A stretch of 64,000 nt of DNA from Nemertoderma westbladi. Taxonomy: Eukaryota; Animalia; Xenacoelomorpha. Positions 1-13,641 of this stretch are shown piece by piece. The notes beneath the pieces were generated by a model. The model did not search any database, was not told the DNA's origin, and saw only the letters and a list, made by a program, of their open reading frames with translations. The stretch spans positions 1 through 64,000 of the forward strand of contig JAUCBJ010004880.1 of NCBI GenBank assembly GCA_032718475.1, read 5' to 3'. Position numbers and translations under genes: made by a program. The first letter of the stretch is position 1; every line of letters starts with the position of its first letter.

Positions 1-60
1 CTGGCACAGCATTCTTAAAAATGCAGCTGCAATGCAGCATGCCGATCCTAGTAGTAGTAG
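1..60 (+). mobile_element. 3' end of an RTE-clade LINE with (TAG)n tail
   Basis: 1-60 is the near-exact reverse complement of 7746-7808, the 3' UTR and tail of the minus-strand RTE element. Confidence 0.8.
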
Positions 61-1850
61 ACTTATCCTAAAACTCTGAGTTGGCGCATCGACATGGGAC
101 CTCTTTTGTATATCCGATTCTTTGATGGTGATACCACCATACTCTCTTAGATCATCCACTAGATCTGTTGGCGTAATCAGTTTATCAACTCTGAAACCGA
201 AATTAGCAGCTGGGGCTGCCCTGGCTTTCTGGACGTACTAACCTGAAGGTTTCACTGTACCTGTAGCAACAACATGGCTTTGCTGTCTACGTTTGTGGTA
301 TCAAGGAATCTCGAAGCCATCACCTTGTGTATTACAGAGAACAATGTGAATGACTTCCGGCGAGGAAGAACGACGAGTCCGTTTAACGCTTCTGCTGCTA
401 TTCTGAAAGTAGTTCTGTGAATCCAGATTCTTTACCAATGGAGAGCCTGGAGGGCTCCCTTTACGAGCTGCATTATACCTCAATATAAACCCCTTAGAAC
501 CACCTGGGTTTCCAAGACCTCCAACCGCTCCGCCCTGGTTTAGGGCGTGACTATCTGGTCGGGGTTCTCGCCTCGCTACTGGAGCCGCTGTTGCTACATC
601 TAAGTAAGTACGTTGAGGAGGTGGTGGAGCATGTATATCCGGATGGGTTGAGGGAACGGACGGCCATGGCACTTTTAGTAATGCCTCGACTGACTGAAAT
701 CGATCCGACAGTTCCTTTCGACACTGATCGACTTTATTCTCAATGGTTGAAAGAGAAACGCGTACATCAGACTTTGCAGTCACAGATGAAATCTTATCTT
801 TAATCAGGTCTACTTCAAACAGTGACAGTGCCTCCAACGCCTCGACTGCGATAACTGGCAAGCTCTTAGAGGAATCCATTGCACGAAGCTTCTCAAGTAA
901 ATCCACCACATTCGCTCTAGCGGCAGAACGTTCCGAAGTATCACGTCGGTTGATCAGTTTATCAAGCTTACACCTTTCAAATAAGGTTTCTTTAGCAACC
1001 AATATATCAGCACCTGTAAATCGCGTTAAACATGTCTCTATAACATCTGGCCCCGGTTTGATTGCCATTTCCTGAATGAGAAGAGCGATGTGAATGAGAG
1101 ATCCCGTGACAGTGCCTCCAACGCCTCGACTGCGATAACTGGCAAGCTCTTAGAGGAATCCATTGCACGAAGCTTCTTGAGTAAATCCACCACATTCGCT
1201 CTAGCGGCAGAACGTTCCGAAGTATCACGTCGGTTGATCAGTTTATCAAGCTTACACCTTTCAAATAAGGTTTCTTTAGCAACCAATATATCAGCACCTG
1301 TAAATCGCGTTAAACATGTCTCTATAACATCTGGCCCCGGTTTGATTGCCATTTCCTGAATGAGAAGAGCGATGTGAATGAGAGATCCCATGACAGTGCC
1401 TCCAACGCCTCGACTGCGATAACTGGCAAGCTCTTAGAGGAATCCATTGCACGAAGCTTCTTGAGTAAATCCACCACATTCGCTCTAGCGGCAGAACGTT
1501 CCGAAGTATCACGTCGGTTGATCAGTTTATCAAGCTTACACCTTTCAAATAAGGTTTCTTTAGCAACCAATATATCAGCACCTGTAAATCGCGTTAAACA
1601 TGTCTCTATAACATCTGGCCCCGGTTTGATTGCCATTCCCTGAATGAGAAGATATCAATATCACTGCAATATCACTATCATCAACACCAGCTATGCCAGT
1701 GGTGTCCATTGACTGGGCTGGTTGAGAAGTCAGTCCCACCATATCGGCAGATCGGTATCCACTAAGATACCTGGATTTGGGATACAGACCAGTATCACAA
1801 AAAAAAACACAGAACACCAGAAGGATAGGTTCAGAAATAAGTATGCAGTA
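61..1850 (-). mobile_element. Degenerate LINE ORF1 region (L2/CR1-group type) with a triplicated N-terminal segment
   Basis: ORF 301-1068 (FTGADILVAKETLF...RRDTSERSAARANVVDLL...LPVIAV, followed by a coiled coil) has the same architecture as ORF1 of the LINE at 22586-23650. It abuts the RTE tail at position 60. Confidence 0.55.
822..1652. repeat. 284-bp tandem repeat, ~2.9 near-identical copies
   Basis: Copies start at ~822, 1106 and 1390; ORFs recur with a 284-bp offset (1038/1322, 1007/1291). Confidence 0.95.
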
Positions 1851-2130
1851 TTAAAGCTAAGTGATTTAAAGAGTCTAGATAAAGCCTAGACGAATTTATA
1901 TTTAGCGCCTCCTAGCGGAGGACCATGCTAAATGCATGAGGTCAAAAATTTGAAAACTTTCTAAACTTTTGATATACTACTTGTGTACCACGTTTGGTAT
2001 AATTTCATCAAAGATTCGCTGAGTTATTGAAATAGCATTCAAAGATTAGACGGACCGACCGACCAACGACAGGCAGACCGACAGATTGGTACCCGTATTG
2101 TCAGTTCTGTCACTGGCCCTGTGTTACCAC

Positions 2131-2450
2131 ATAGTGACTCTAGTTGTTTTAAGAGCTTCCGAAATAGTGACTCTAGTTGTTTAAAGGGCTTCCAAAATAG
2201 TGGCTCTAGTTGTTTTAAGAGCTTCCGAAATAGTGACTCTAGTTGTTTTAAGGGCTTCCGAAATATTGACTCTAGATGTTTTAAGGGCTTCCGAAATAAT
2301 GATTCTAGTTGTTTTAAGTGCTTCCGAAATAGTGACTCTAGTTGTTTTAAGTGCTTCCGAAATAGTGACTCTAGTTGTTTTAAGGGCTTCCGAAATAGTG
2401 ACTCTAGTTGTTTTAAGGGCTTCCGAAATAGTGACTAGTTGTTTTAAGGG
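2131..2450. repeat. 33-bp minisatellite, ~9.5 copies
   Basis: Unit atagtgactctagttgttttaagggcttccgaa, seen directly. Confidence 0.95.
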
Positions 2451-5061
2451 TAACTGCTATTTAATTCAGCTGTTGGTGGTTGGCCTTGCTAGGTACCCCC
2501 TGTTTATAGCCTGTTACATATTAGAAAACCATAAAAATTGCCAAATTGTAATACATTTCAATAGATCATTCATAACTGGTCATTATTCGTTTTAATATGT
2601 AACATTTAGACAGTGGTGCACATTGACTGCAGGGGAAATTAAGTCTCGTTAAATGTTTTGGTTTATGTTTCAAAAAATTAAAATAATTAATTTTTCAAAA
2701 CCACTAAAAACACATTTGGTGTTTGCGGTCATTCTGCGCCATTGACTCGTACCATTACCTACCATGTAATAAATAAAGCCCAGGCAATTTACATGGGCTA
2801 CATAAAAGGTACATTTTCGGAAGTTAATTGTTGGCCATTGTTGTAATTAACGTGAAAGAATGTCGATAAAACACGTGATATGATGCAGGAAACTATGTTA
2901 ATTGACACATCTAATTGCTCATTAGTAGGGTGTTTTATGTTCTGGTCATAGGAGGAACCTACAGTGCCTACTGCAGGCGTCTTTATAGTGCCTACATAAT
3001 TTTGACAAGGTGTTGTAGATGTAATATTATCTTGGAAAAACGTTTGTGTTATATGTCGTTTTCTATGTTTCCTCCAGGGAATTAGTTCCCCTTGGGATGT
3101 CATTTTCCCTTTATCAGGTTCCCTCGTGTCTCGAGATATCAGTTTCTGCTGGTACATTGTGGGCTTCCTTGGCTCGCAACTTTTCTTTAGAAAAGGTTAT
3201 TTTTGGAACACAGAAGGAGTACAATACTCACTCAATCAAACTAAACTATATGCGAACTCCGACATACTTTTTCGTATTACAGAAACAATTATTATACATA
3301 CTGAGACTATCCTTGTTAACTTTAGCGACTCTTTAGCGTACATAGTATCCCTCTATGGATCTAACTATCAGTCCACAAACACTTTTTATGTCATCCGTCA
3401 TAAAGCATAATCATATTCTCCAGCTAATTAAAGCTGTCTTCCGTTTATTTCCAGGTTTTTTTTATATCACCCCGGATTATCAAATGGAGGGAGGATATAT
3501 TCCTTGTAATCAAATGCTCAGCAGCTAACATGGACTCATCGTAAACAACATTGAGTGGATGTGGGTTCAACTGCAGGCTGCGTTGGATGGATGTTGAATA
3601 TTATTGGGAAGCATTATATTGACTTGTCTAACTTCATCTGTAATGAGGACGATGACTCGGCAACTAAAGTATTAGCGGGACCTTTGCTTAGCGGTTGGCA
3701 CTAGCAAAGGCTCAAATCATTGTCAACAAAATGGTATAATACACCACAATGGTATCAATATGATGATGTGGAACAAAATGCTAAAGTCAAAACGCATTCA
3801 AAGAACAATAAATTAAGTTGTTTATTACAAACAGCATTTTTATAAACAGTTAAAACAAAGAGCACCATTCATTTTGCATATCATGTGCATGCTATATACA
3901 ACATGTGCAACATCTCTCTCAACATCTATACAACATATCATTATGGGGAAAGTCCCTGCCGCAACATATCTAGTAAGCATAATAATTATTTCGTACAAAT
4001 GGTAAGGCGGCATTACGAATAGATTGCCGTACTATAATTACCCCAATTCGAGAGCAAATCGGTTTTACTGTAGAGTACACGTTCGTGGGGTCTTCGCGCA
4101 GCACGATGCTCAGTTATGAGATACAGATTAATATTGAGCGATTCTACTGTATCACAAACTCGGTATCTAAGAAATTTAACCAAACACCAGTAAATCAAAG
4201 AGAGGGAAAAGCCCCCCCCCCCCCCCCCCCCCCTCTTAACCTCCCTCTTAATCTGCACCACCCCAACCCAAAGGCGCACACAGGATTGATGAAAGGTAGA
4301 GGTATCAATATAAAATTTGTGTTTTAAAAGTAATATGTTATATTTATTTTTAATATAACACAAAATACAACTGGAAGCGATTCACAAATATAAAACAGCA
4401 CAAATTTCTAGCAAAAATTATTAAAGATCGCATGTTATTTAATTTACTTAACCAACAAAGAAATTAATATACTCAATAAAGTAATATATTAATATTTTAG
4501 GTGTGGAGGCGACCCAATGTATAAGAAATATAAAACTACCTTATGCCGATAGTATTGATACTGAAATATTAATTTATCATGTCAATAAGCTATAAAGCGC
4601 GCTATAAAGATAAATTAAAAAAAATAAAAAATCTTCATATATGAAATTCCAATAAAAAGTCGACCGAAAAGTGAAATCCTAGTATTCTTATAATGGTTAC
4701 AAATACTAATTCGTTTATTATTTTGCTTAGATTCAGTAACATGTGTTTTTGGTGAAAACATGGTATACTTCACATGGGGCTAACTCCAAAGTGAAATATA
4801 ACGGCACAAAGTCTGGTATTCTTGCCCATGCGTGACCTTTGAATTATTGGTAGTGTATTTAATAATCTTATATCGGTGTTAAAGATAGTTCATTATCTTA
4901 AATAATGTACTCCTAATTTATTTTATAAGTATAGAGTTTAAAAGAACACAAGGCTCAAATTCGTTTAGAAATGATTATTACAGTTTATTAACATTTTTCT
5001 TCACCAAATTGGTCTTTTTATTGTTGTTATTTAATTACCGTTAATAATGGTTTTCGGATTT

Positions 5062-5153
5062 GGTTGTCGGCTGTCGGTTGTCGGCTGTTGGCAGTCGGTT
5101 GTCGGCTGTCGGTTGTCGGCTGTCGGTTGTCAGCCGACGGCTGTCGGTTGTCA
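5062..5153. repeat. 7-bp degenerate microsatellite (tgtcggY)n
   Basis: Repeated tgtcggt/tgtcggc units. Confidence 0.85.
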
Positions 5154-5604
5154 GTGTAGCGTTTACACCCTTTAATGTAGATGTGCATTAACATATATGT
5201 ACATATAATAATGTACATGTAATATTCGACTATTATTTTATCAGAGTGGTTGAGTTTTGCACGAGGTGATAACTCCACATGCCAAAAAGCGTAAAATTCA
5301 ACACACGAGAACATAATATCTTAATTTTACTAAAAAGTGATTAAAAGAATGTTTTCCATAAAGTTTTTAATTTATATATATTATTAATATATTATTTTAT
5401 TTAAAAAACATTTAAAGTAGGCTTACATGGCGGCATACGTTACAGACTGCCTTTTCATGTGTCAAAGTTTGGCTAAATTTTCCGTATCGAAATGGGCAGA
5501 AAAGTTAATGTTTTGTCAAACTGAATGGTGATGCCTATTAAATAACCCAATAACAAAAGTTAGATGGAACTATGGGAAACATCGTACTTTGTATTAAATT
5601 AAGA

Positions 5605-5920
5605 ATACTGTGGAACGAGCCACAATTAGTGAGCGAAGCTACAGTACTAGCGGACAATTTCAATTAGTATTACGGCCTAATATCATGTCCATCCGTCTGT
5701 CTGTCTGTCCGTCTGTCTGTCTGTCTGTAATGGAAAATTCAATCGTTTTGAAGCCTTTACTCAAATTCACCCTAATTTGGATGGACCTACTAGAGGAAAA
5801 TTTCCAATATTTTGAACATTTTCGCGGGGCATTCGTGCTGCACGAGTCAAGTACTCGGGTTACCCGTTCTCGAGTTAGCGGCCGTTCGTGCTGCACGACG
5901 CAACACCTACGTTTATATAT
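5605..5920 (+). mobile_element. Helentron/DINE-1-like non-autonomous element
   Basis: Starts tgtggaacgagccac, has an internal (GTCT/GTCC)n microsatellite and ends ttcgtgctgcacgacg. The same terminal motifs occur in the element at 57147-57665. Confidence 0.5.
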
Positions 5921-6380
5921 TTATATACCGCAAGACGTTCGAATAGGCTGGAGTCCTGAATTGCTGTAGTGGAACCACAAACATATCCACACACATACAA
6001 TCATACATACTAAAAAGGTGCTGCGATGTCGGGTTATAATTTTACTCCAGCTCTCTGAAATGTTGATCCAATCGACGATAAACAAACCGAACATATACAA
6101 AAAAAACCATACCAACTTCAGGTTCTTCATAACTCGGTGAAAAGGGCTCCTTACCGCAACGCTTGCATTGCGTTTCTAGTACACATACATTATAAGTGAT
6201 AGAAACTGCACAAATTATATGACATAAATTATGTTATAAATAAGTTAGCTTATATTTATGGTGGCGTTTGGAGCCATGTTATAATAATATAGCTAGGCCC
6301 TAAAGGGTTATTAATAGCTATACCCCGCCTACCGGTAGGTAATGCAGTAGGCCTATCTGGCTGTCAGGCAAATTTCCACC

Positions 6381-6465
6381 TATTGTTTACGTGGTTTACG
6401 GCGTTAAGTAATGTCCCCTTAGTGGACATTACTTAACGCCGTCAAGGGTTACCACGTAAACAATA
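6381..6465. repeat. Inverted repeat / hairpin (~85 bp)
   Basis: tattgtttacgtggt pairs with accacgtaaacaata; acggcgttaagtaatgtcc pairs with ggacattacttaacgccgt; 7-nt loop. Confidence 0.85.
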
Positions 6466-7745
6466 ACACCAAGTACAATACTAAATGTACAGGCCAATAC
6501 TTGTAAAGTGCTAAATAACAACTCGCTATTAATACTAACGGCGTTCGTTGAGTAATGTTACAATTTTGGAATAAAATAAATAAACAAATAAAACAAGAGC
6601 AGCTTCTCTAATACGCTGATTGAATAACATTATGTATGTTCTTTTGCTAAAAAGCAACATATAATAGAAATATATATCGAAATATATTATTTAATATTCG
6701 AACCTGACCCTCAGCATTTAATATTATATCACCACCATTTACAAATATTTCGTTTTACAATAAATTACAATACACTTACTTCATGTAAGTAATTTTTGAA
6801 AACTATAAAACTGAGTCACAGATATTGTTTTGCGCCCAGAGGATAACCTCCAGACCTATTAATCCCATTGAGAATCACAATGTATCACTAATCAAACCCC
6901 TCAGTCTACAGGTGGACTGACTACTGCCAATTTAATTTCAGGATGTGTTACACACCTAATCCCACATCTGAGATTCTTATGGGTTCTCTATCGCTGGGAG
7001 ATTATTGAACGAAGCATTCCTCAACATCAGAATAATTACTTTACATTCATTACAATTCGAAACATGGAGACCTCATGAAACTTGCCATGAAACCTTAAGC
7101 ATTCTCTGCAGGGAGTTAATCAGCAAAATGTGAGAATTGCGAACTCACCCTGTCCCAGAGAAGTATTGAATATGTCTAATTGTATTTACACTATGCCCGG
7201 TTGGCCCGAAGTTGTCTTGATGATTTCAAAACACATAATAAGGACGATAAATCCACATCCCCATAATGGTTTGTCATTCTGTTCCATGCCACAGAGCACT
7301 GCCATGGTATTAGATAGTTATTATAACAAGAAAAGGGCCTTACTATTTCAGAATTCCATATTACAAACTATTAATGTGTATTGCATGAGGACCAGTAGCC
7401 CACCCCCACCTTCGGGTAACAGCTATCAAAAAGCCGATTGCCTCCGGCTTCACTGTTTGCTATGCTTAACTAGTATTGCAGAATATGAACATTACATCTA
7501 CTATATAATCCTGCTATCAATTGCCTTGGACGAATTAGACTCACCTGTTCCGTTCCCAGTCTTAATTGTATCATGTGTTATACTCTATGTTCTATGATAG
7601 TGATGATATATTTTTTTTATTTTATTATTTCTAGAACCATGTTGGTTTTAGTAATATTCTAAACTAAATTGAAATATTGGTAAACGAAATGACGAAGAAA
7701 ACATAATATTCCATCCGCAAACTCACAAAAAAATTACATACAAAT

Positions 7746-9335
7746 TACTACTACTACTAGGATCGGCATGCTGCATTGCAGCTGCATTTTTAAGAATGCT
7801 GTGCCGGCTTGTCAACAAAATTGCACCGCCACAACTCCCTATCACCCATGACATTTGCTAGACCTTTAAGATGCGTCTCAAGAAAGTCATGGGCTGTCCA
7901 CCATGCTTATTCACTCCATGAGGCTGCCAAAGTACAAGATTATGCACTGGCTGGTCCTCACGGCGAAAGCAATGTCCTGCAAAGCGGAGGCGATTTTGTT
8001 CTAGTGTCAAGCTTGGGGGAGCCAATGCGACACCTCCAATGTTATATAGTGTCTGGTTGGAGATGTGTGCATTGTACTTGACACAATGAACCCGGCGTAG
8101 CATTCTTGTGAATGTGCCATCCAGAGATTTGGTGTCCTCAGCAGTTAGAGCCCAGCATGGACTCCCGTAGAGGAGTACTGGAACTACTGCTGCTCTAAAT
8201 AATCGGACCTTAAGTTTCCGATTAATTCTCGGTGACTTCCAAATCCTGGAAAGCCTATTCAAGGCTGCCCATGCCTTTCCCTTACGTATTCGAAGGTCCT
8301 CACCTGACTTCCGGATCCATGATCCCAGGTAACAGAAGTCGTCCACATGCTCAAGCATACCATCCTTTGAGCTTATGCTCATCCGATCAGAGACTTGCTG
8401 AGGACTTTCAAAGTTAACTGTCAAAATTTTGGTCTTTCTGGAGTTAATAAAAGACCAACACTAGAAGCAGCATGTTCTAATGAGATGAGGAGCCGTTGGG
8501 CTCCCTCTAGTGATTCTGAGAGTACTCCTAAGTCATCAGCAAAGTCTAGATCAGTTAGGTACTTGGCAGGATTTCCTCGACTTCTGGAGCCAGTAGGTGG
8601 AGTTATCATCACCCCATCATCATTATGATGATCTAAGGACATGCGTAGAACAAAGTCAACCACAATAATGAACAAGAATGGTGCAAGTGTGTCTCCTTGA
8701 AGGACGCCCCATAACACTTCAAATGGTTCTGTGTCACCGTCAACAGTAGACACAAATGTTGTCGAACCATCGTATACTGATCTTATTGCTGCAATAATTT
8801 CATCAGGAATCCCATATAATGAAAGTATGCTGAACATACGTGAGCGAGAGACTGAATCAAAGGCCTTGAAGAAGTCAACAAAGATAACAGCCAGATGCCT
8901 GTCTTTCTTTTTTGATAGTTCTTCTATTATCCTTCTAAGTGCCAAAATGGGCTCCATGGTACCACGACCTTTACGGAACCCATTCTGATTTCCACGGAGC
9001 AGTCTCTCAATGGGATCCCTGATGCGATTTAATAGAATCCTATTGTATAGCTTTGCAGCAATAGAGATCAATGAGATTCCCCGAAAAGAACCATAGAGTG
9101 TTAGGTTGCCCTTCTTGGGAACTGGCACCAACTTATTTGTTTTCATTTGTTGTGGGACTCTAGTTGTTCGGTACATGTCTACTATGATGGGATAGATGAG
9201 CTTTTAACACTCAGGTATTTTAAAGACCTCAGGGGGAACACCATCTACTCCACTGGCACGATTGGTCTTAATGCTCTTTGCAGCAGCCTTCACTTCTGCA
9301 AAGGAGATATCGCCAATGGGAATATCTGGGAGATA
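7746..9335 (-). mobile_element. 5'-truncated RTE-clade LINE (reverse transcriptase, disrupted at ~8421)
   Basis: ORFs 8421-9176 and 7858-8424 carry VPVPKKG..RGISL, QNGFRKGR, FVDFFKAFDSV, GVLQGDTLAP, DFADDL and FCYLGS; (TAG)n tail. Confidence 0.92.
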
Positions 9336-9924
9336 CTCTAAGATGTTATTTCGCTTACTTTCACAGCATTCGCCCAGTTGGCAAGCTGGGGAATCTACAC
9401 GCTATGATATCATCAACTGGCGAATATAGTATATTTGGTCTAAGCGCAACTTTTCTTAAGCGATCAACTGATAACATTATACTAGATCAATGATGAATTA
9501 TTTCAGTACAACTGTAAGTTTCAATAATTTCCGTTCACAATAAAATCAATTGATTAATTAAGAAAACAATATGAACAATGGAAATAAATTCTAAAAATAA
9601 TTTTATCTTTAGACAAATGATTAATTTACAATATCGTTACACAATTGATTAATAAGTTATATATATAACTTTAATATAAATACAAGTCACCACAAAAGTT
9701 TAAGCAACGGCTGACTGACTATTTAAAGATTATTCAACAACATTTAATGTTTAAAGTTTAATGATTGCCAATTAATGAATTCATCAATAATTTGATGTAG
9801 AATCGTTCTGGTGGAGTAAAAGTTTTTATTTTATTGAATAGCTTGTCAATAAAGGAACTATTTGGTATGTCATGTTGTGGTTCTATATCCATGAAATACG
9901 AAAATCCATGAAATAAGAGATTTC

Positions 9925-10200
9925 TGAGCCATATACAAGTTGTGATGGCGAGTATCCATGTTCACCAATTGTTAATCTGAGTTCAAGCAGTACTCGTGGG
10001 AAGGAGTCATACCAGTTGGAATTTGTGCATACAGCACGTAATGCATTCTTTAGTTGGCGATGAAATCTTTCAACAGCCCCATTGCAGGCTGGATGCTATG
10101 AGGTTGTTCGTTTTCCTTCGATTCCCAGTCTCCCCATTAATCAACTCCAAATAACTTATTGGAATTGTGCTCCTCTGTCGCTTATGATTATTCGAGGTAC
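9925..10200 (-). mobile_element. Gypsy LTR-retrotransposon integrase remnant
   Basis: Minus strand reads IIISDRGAQF...RTTS*HPACNGAVERFHRQLKNAL...SPSQLVYG, a disrupted integrase core. Confidence 0.75.
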
Positions 10201-10410
10201 GGTAACGTGAACTACGTATAAACTTTGAAAGTGTGAACTACCAGACTTTATCTAATGTATACGGTAATGTGAACTACCTGTGAACTTTGAAAGTGCAAAC
10301 TATCAGACTGTACCGAATGTCCACGGTAATGTGAACTATCAGAATGTGTAGGTAGAATGCATACGGTTTAGTGAAATTAAACTGCGAGACTGTAACTAAT
10401 GTGTAGACGG
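10199..10410. repeat. Imperfect ~61-bp tandem repeat (3-4 copies)
   Basis: acggtaaYgtgaacta motif recurs at ~10199, 10261 and 10323. Confidence 0.7.
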
Positions 10411-10689
10411 TGTGATAGTTTACTATAAAATAGAGAAGCATTGATATAAGAATGCTATTATAAAAAATGGTACTACTAAATGGTACATGGTACTACAGTG
10501 TCATAAAATGTAAGGTGTGAAGGACTTAATAAAATTCAATGTAATGAGCGTTACGAGTTAGTGTACTTGAGTGTGTGTGACGTATTTATTGCCTTAACAC
10601 AAAATATTACACGCCTCGTGTGTACCCATTAATGATGTTTGCCGCCTTGACTATGGGTTGGTATGAAGGATCAGGGCAGCAGGTGCTCC

Positions 10690-13641
10690 TGATTCAGATG
10701 TTGGTTGCTTATTTTTGGTGATGTTAGGGTGAATCATGTATTATACGCTGATGATCTAATCTAATATCTAATTCTATTCATGGTCTCCAAAAATTAATTG
10801 ATGTTGCCGTTCTTTTTGCAAATTTAAATTCCATGATTTTTAATAAAAAGAAAACTAAATGTATTTATTTCATATCGAGATCAAGTTTGGATGCCCAGTG
10901 GTCCAAGTATGTTTCTTATACCGCAAATATGGCTACTAAACATGAATAATAATAAACTAAATTGGATCTTGGCTAACTCGTGGTCATCGATCTAAATTTG
11001 TTATTGGTTTCATCATTTCCGTGACAACAGGATATATTTTGGATTATTATATTTGTTCGAAATTTTGTCATATCTGTGATAAACCTGGCCATAGCCCTGC
11101 CACTGCACATAAATTTTCAAAGAACTTTGATGGTTCGAGTGGTTCCATGGAGCCTTTTATAGCTAAGAAACTGTTCGGCAGATCAGTTGAGAAGTATAAT
11201 TTAATATATTCTGCTGTAATATCAGATGGAGACAGCAGCGTATTGAAGAATATCCTGGAGGCCAACCCTTATAAAGATGAAGGTATTGTTGTGACCAAAC
11301 AGGAATGCCTCAATCATGTGTCAAAGCGACTGTATTCAGGACTAACCAAAGCGAGACAAACTCATAATTTGGGTGGTGCGAATAGGCTGATAGATAAACT
11401 GTGTCAGCAACTCTCCTCATATTATCGAAACACCATTGTAAACAACATTCGTGACGTTGATATGGCATCTACTTCTGATAACGCATGTGATGAACTCATA
11501 AAAACTATCCAATCGGAAATATTTACCACAATATACCACCACTGCGATTTTGGTGGTAAATCAGGACTTCAGCATTCTAAATGTCCATCTGAGAAGTGGT
11601 GCAGATTTATCAACGGGGACACATCATACAAACCTGCGACGTACATAAATGAGGGCGACTTACAACATATTCTTCCTGAGTATGAACGTCTTACCTCACC
11701 GGACCTTCTTAGACGATGTATTCCTGGGAAAACTCAGAACCGAAAAGAGTCAGTACGTACACAGCAAGGTGTGGAATAAGTGTACTAAATCTAACTTCAC
11801 ATCTCTGGAGACTCTCAAGTTTATAGTTGCCTATACTGTTCTACACCACAACCGAGGCGCCTCAGCAGAACAACTCTGGCTAAAGCGACTTCGTTTAGAT
11901 GAGGACAGTTGGCTCAACGGGTTGAGGCTGTAAATAAGTAGCAGATTCGTCAAAGCAGTAGTGGTTTAGCTAGGAAGGTGAGACCAACTGTGGAGCCAGT
12001 GTTTCGACAGCTGATTATGAACCTGGGGCATTTTGATTATTATTTTATTTAACCAAAATTCTTACGATATAGGTGCCTAGTACTTTACATGTTTTCCATA
12101 GCAACGGTTGCTATGAGTCTGTTTTTTTACAATAGTTATTTGAATTTGGAATATTTAATTTTAGATTTTATTATTCAGTTATTGGTTTTAATTTCTTAAG
12201 AATTAAATTTAATACATTATATTAAAAAATATTTTATCCCAATTGGAAATGTAGCCTTTTATGTTTTTTAACAGACAGACGGACAGACTTGTTATTGCAC
12301 ATTGATATAGCCTAAAATGTAGCATTCCAGCACTGAAAATACTGGGTGCTTGCAATGAAAGAAGTCAAAAGGGAAAATGTAAAACTTTGAAATTGACACT
12401 TATGCATATACAACACAAACGCTTTTAAATATAATCGATCGGCCTTTATAAATTATTAATTTTTAAATACAATTTTCTCAGTTTCATGTTTTTTAACTTC
12501 TAAAGGCTAAGGCTCCGCTAATTTTGCACCAAAATGGATGAAATTTTCCAGATCGGTTTGTAAATGTACCGTGGTCAGTTGGTAGAAAAACTTTTTGGAA
12601 CAACTTCAATTAAATTGAGTAATTTAACATTTTTTGTTTAAAAAACACCGTTTTTTGAGAATTTTAAAAATATATATGGTTAAATATCAAAATATCAGAG
12701 TTCGTTGGTTCGATCGCAATAATTTTTCTTCCAAGTGACGAGGTTATGTTTCCAAACATATTCTGAAATTTTCACCTCAAAAGACCAACGTGTTACAAAC
12801 TAGTAGCAATTTTTCTAATTTTTGACAAAATTCAAATTTCCACCCAAAGATGTTAAATTTGACAAAAAAAAGTTAAATTATTTTTAGTCAATAATTGGTC
12901 CATCAATGTAACAAATATCAAACTATGATGTCAAACTGTTCTAAAATGGCAGTCAGATCTTTCTGGGGTACAAGCTGACCTGACATTCCCTTTAATAATA
13001 ATTTTACTTCTGTTAATTTATATGGTGAACAAATATCAATTGTTGATAAATTTAAATACTTAGGGCATATATTACATTCAAGTACTGATGATGATATCGA
13101 TATTAGGCGACCGACTCAACTTTTATAAGCTAGGGCAAATACTTTAATTCGAAAATTCAGCTGTGCGTCACTTTCAGTTAAGGTTATTCTGTTTAGCACC
13201 TTTTGTACTCAGATATATGGTAATGCGTTATGGTGTAAAAATAATTTTTCAGTAACTGTACATAATAAATTAAGAGTAGTGTACACTAAGTGCATTCGTT
13301 TGCTATTTAAACTTCCTCGGCTTAATAGTAAGGGTGACCGTACAATTATTTCATTTGAATGCGGTAAATTAAATTTACCAATGTTTGTATACATACGATA
13401 TAGATCTGTATCTAGTTTGATCTCGAGAATTAGTAAGTCCGACAACATTATCTTACGTGCTTTGTATAAAATGTGTAACTTTTGCGGTTGCTCTAGAGTC
13501 ACTTGATTAAATTAATTTAAATACATTATTTCGTACCGTACCATACTTTACATATTCTATTTAGATTAACTCTGTGCTTTATTAGTATCTATTTTACTAT
13601 GTTCCTTTGGAATGAATTAAAGAATAATAATAATAATAATA
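10690..13641 (+). mobile_element. Degenerate L2-group LINE 3' part, split by a DNA transposon
   Basis: 10730-10885 reads NHVLYADDL..GLQKLID..FNKKKTKCIYF. It resumes at ~12995 with VDKFKYLGHIL..RANTLIRKFS..YGNALW and ends in an (AAT)n tail at 13623-13641. Collinear with the RT C-terminus at 19971-20700. Confidence 0.8.
10886..12991 (+). mobile_element. Left-truncated Kolobok-type DNA transposon (Mutator-like DDE transposase, frameshifted)
   Basis: ORFs 11021-11779 and 11649-11933 carry SKFC, GSSGSME, ISDGDSS, KQECLNHVSKR, SSYYR, RRCIPGKTQN. The right end ...cattccct is followed by TTAA (12992-12995). Confidence 0.75.

Noticed and set aside
2612-3720. Possible decayed transposase or gene fragment
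   Set aside because: Short ORFs without identifiable motifs or termini.
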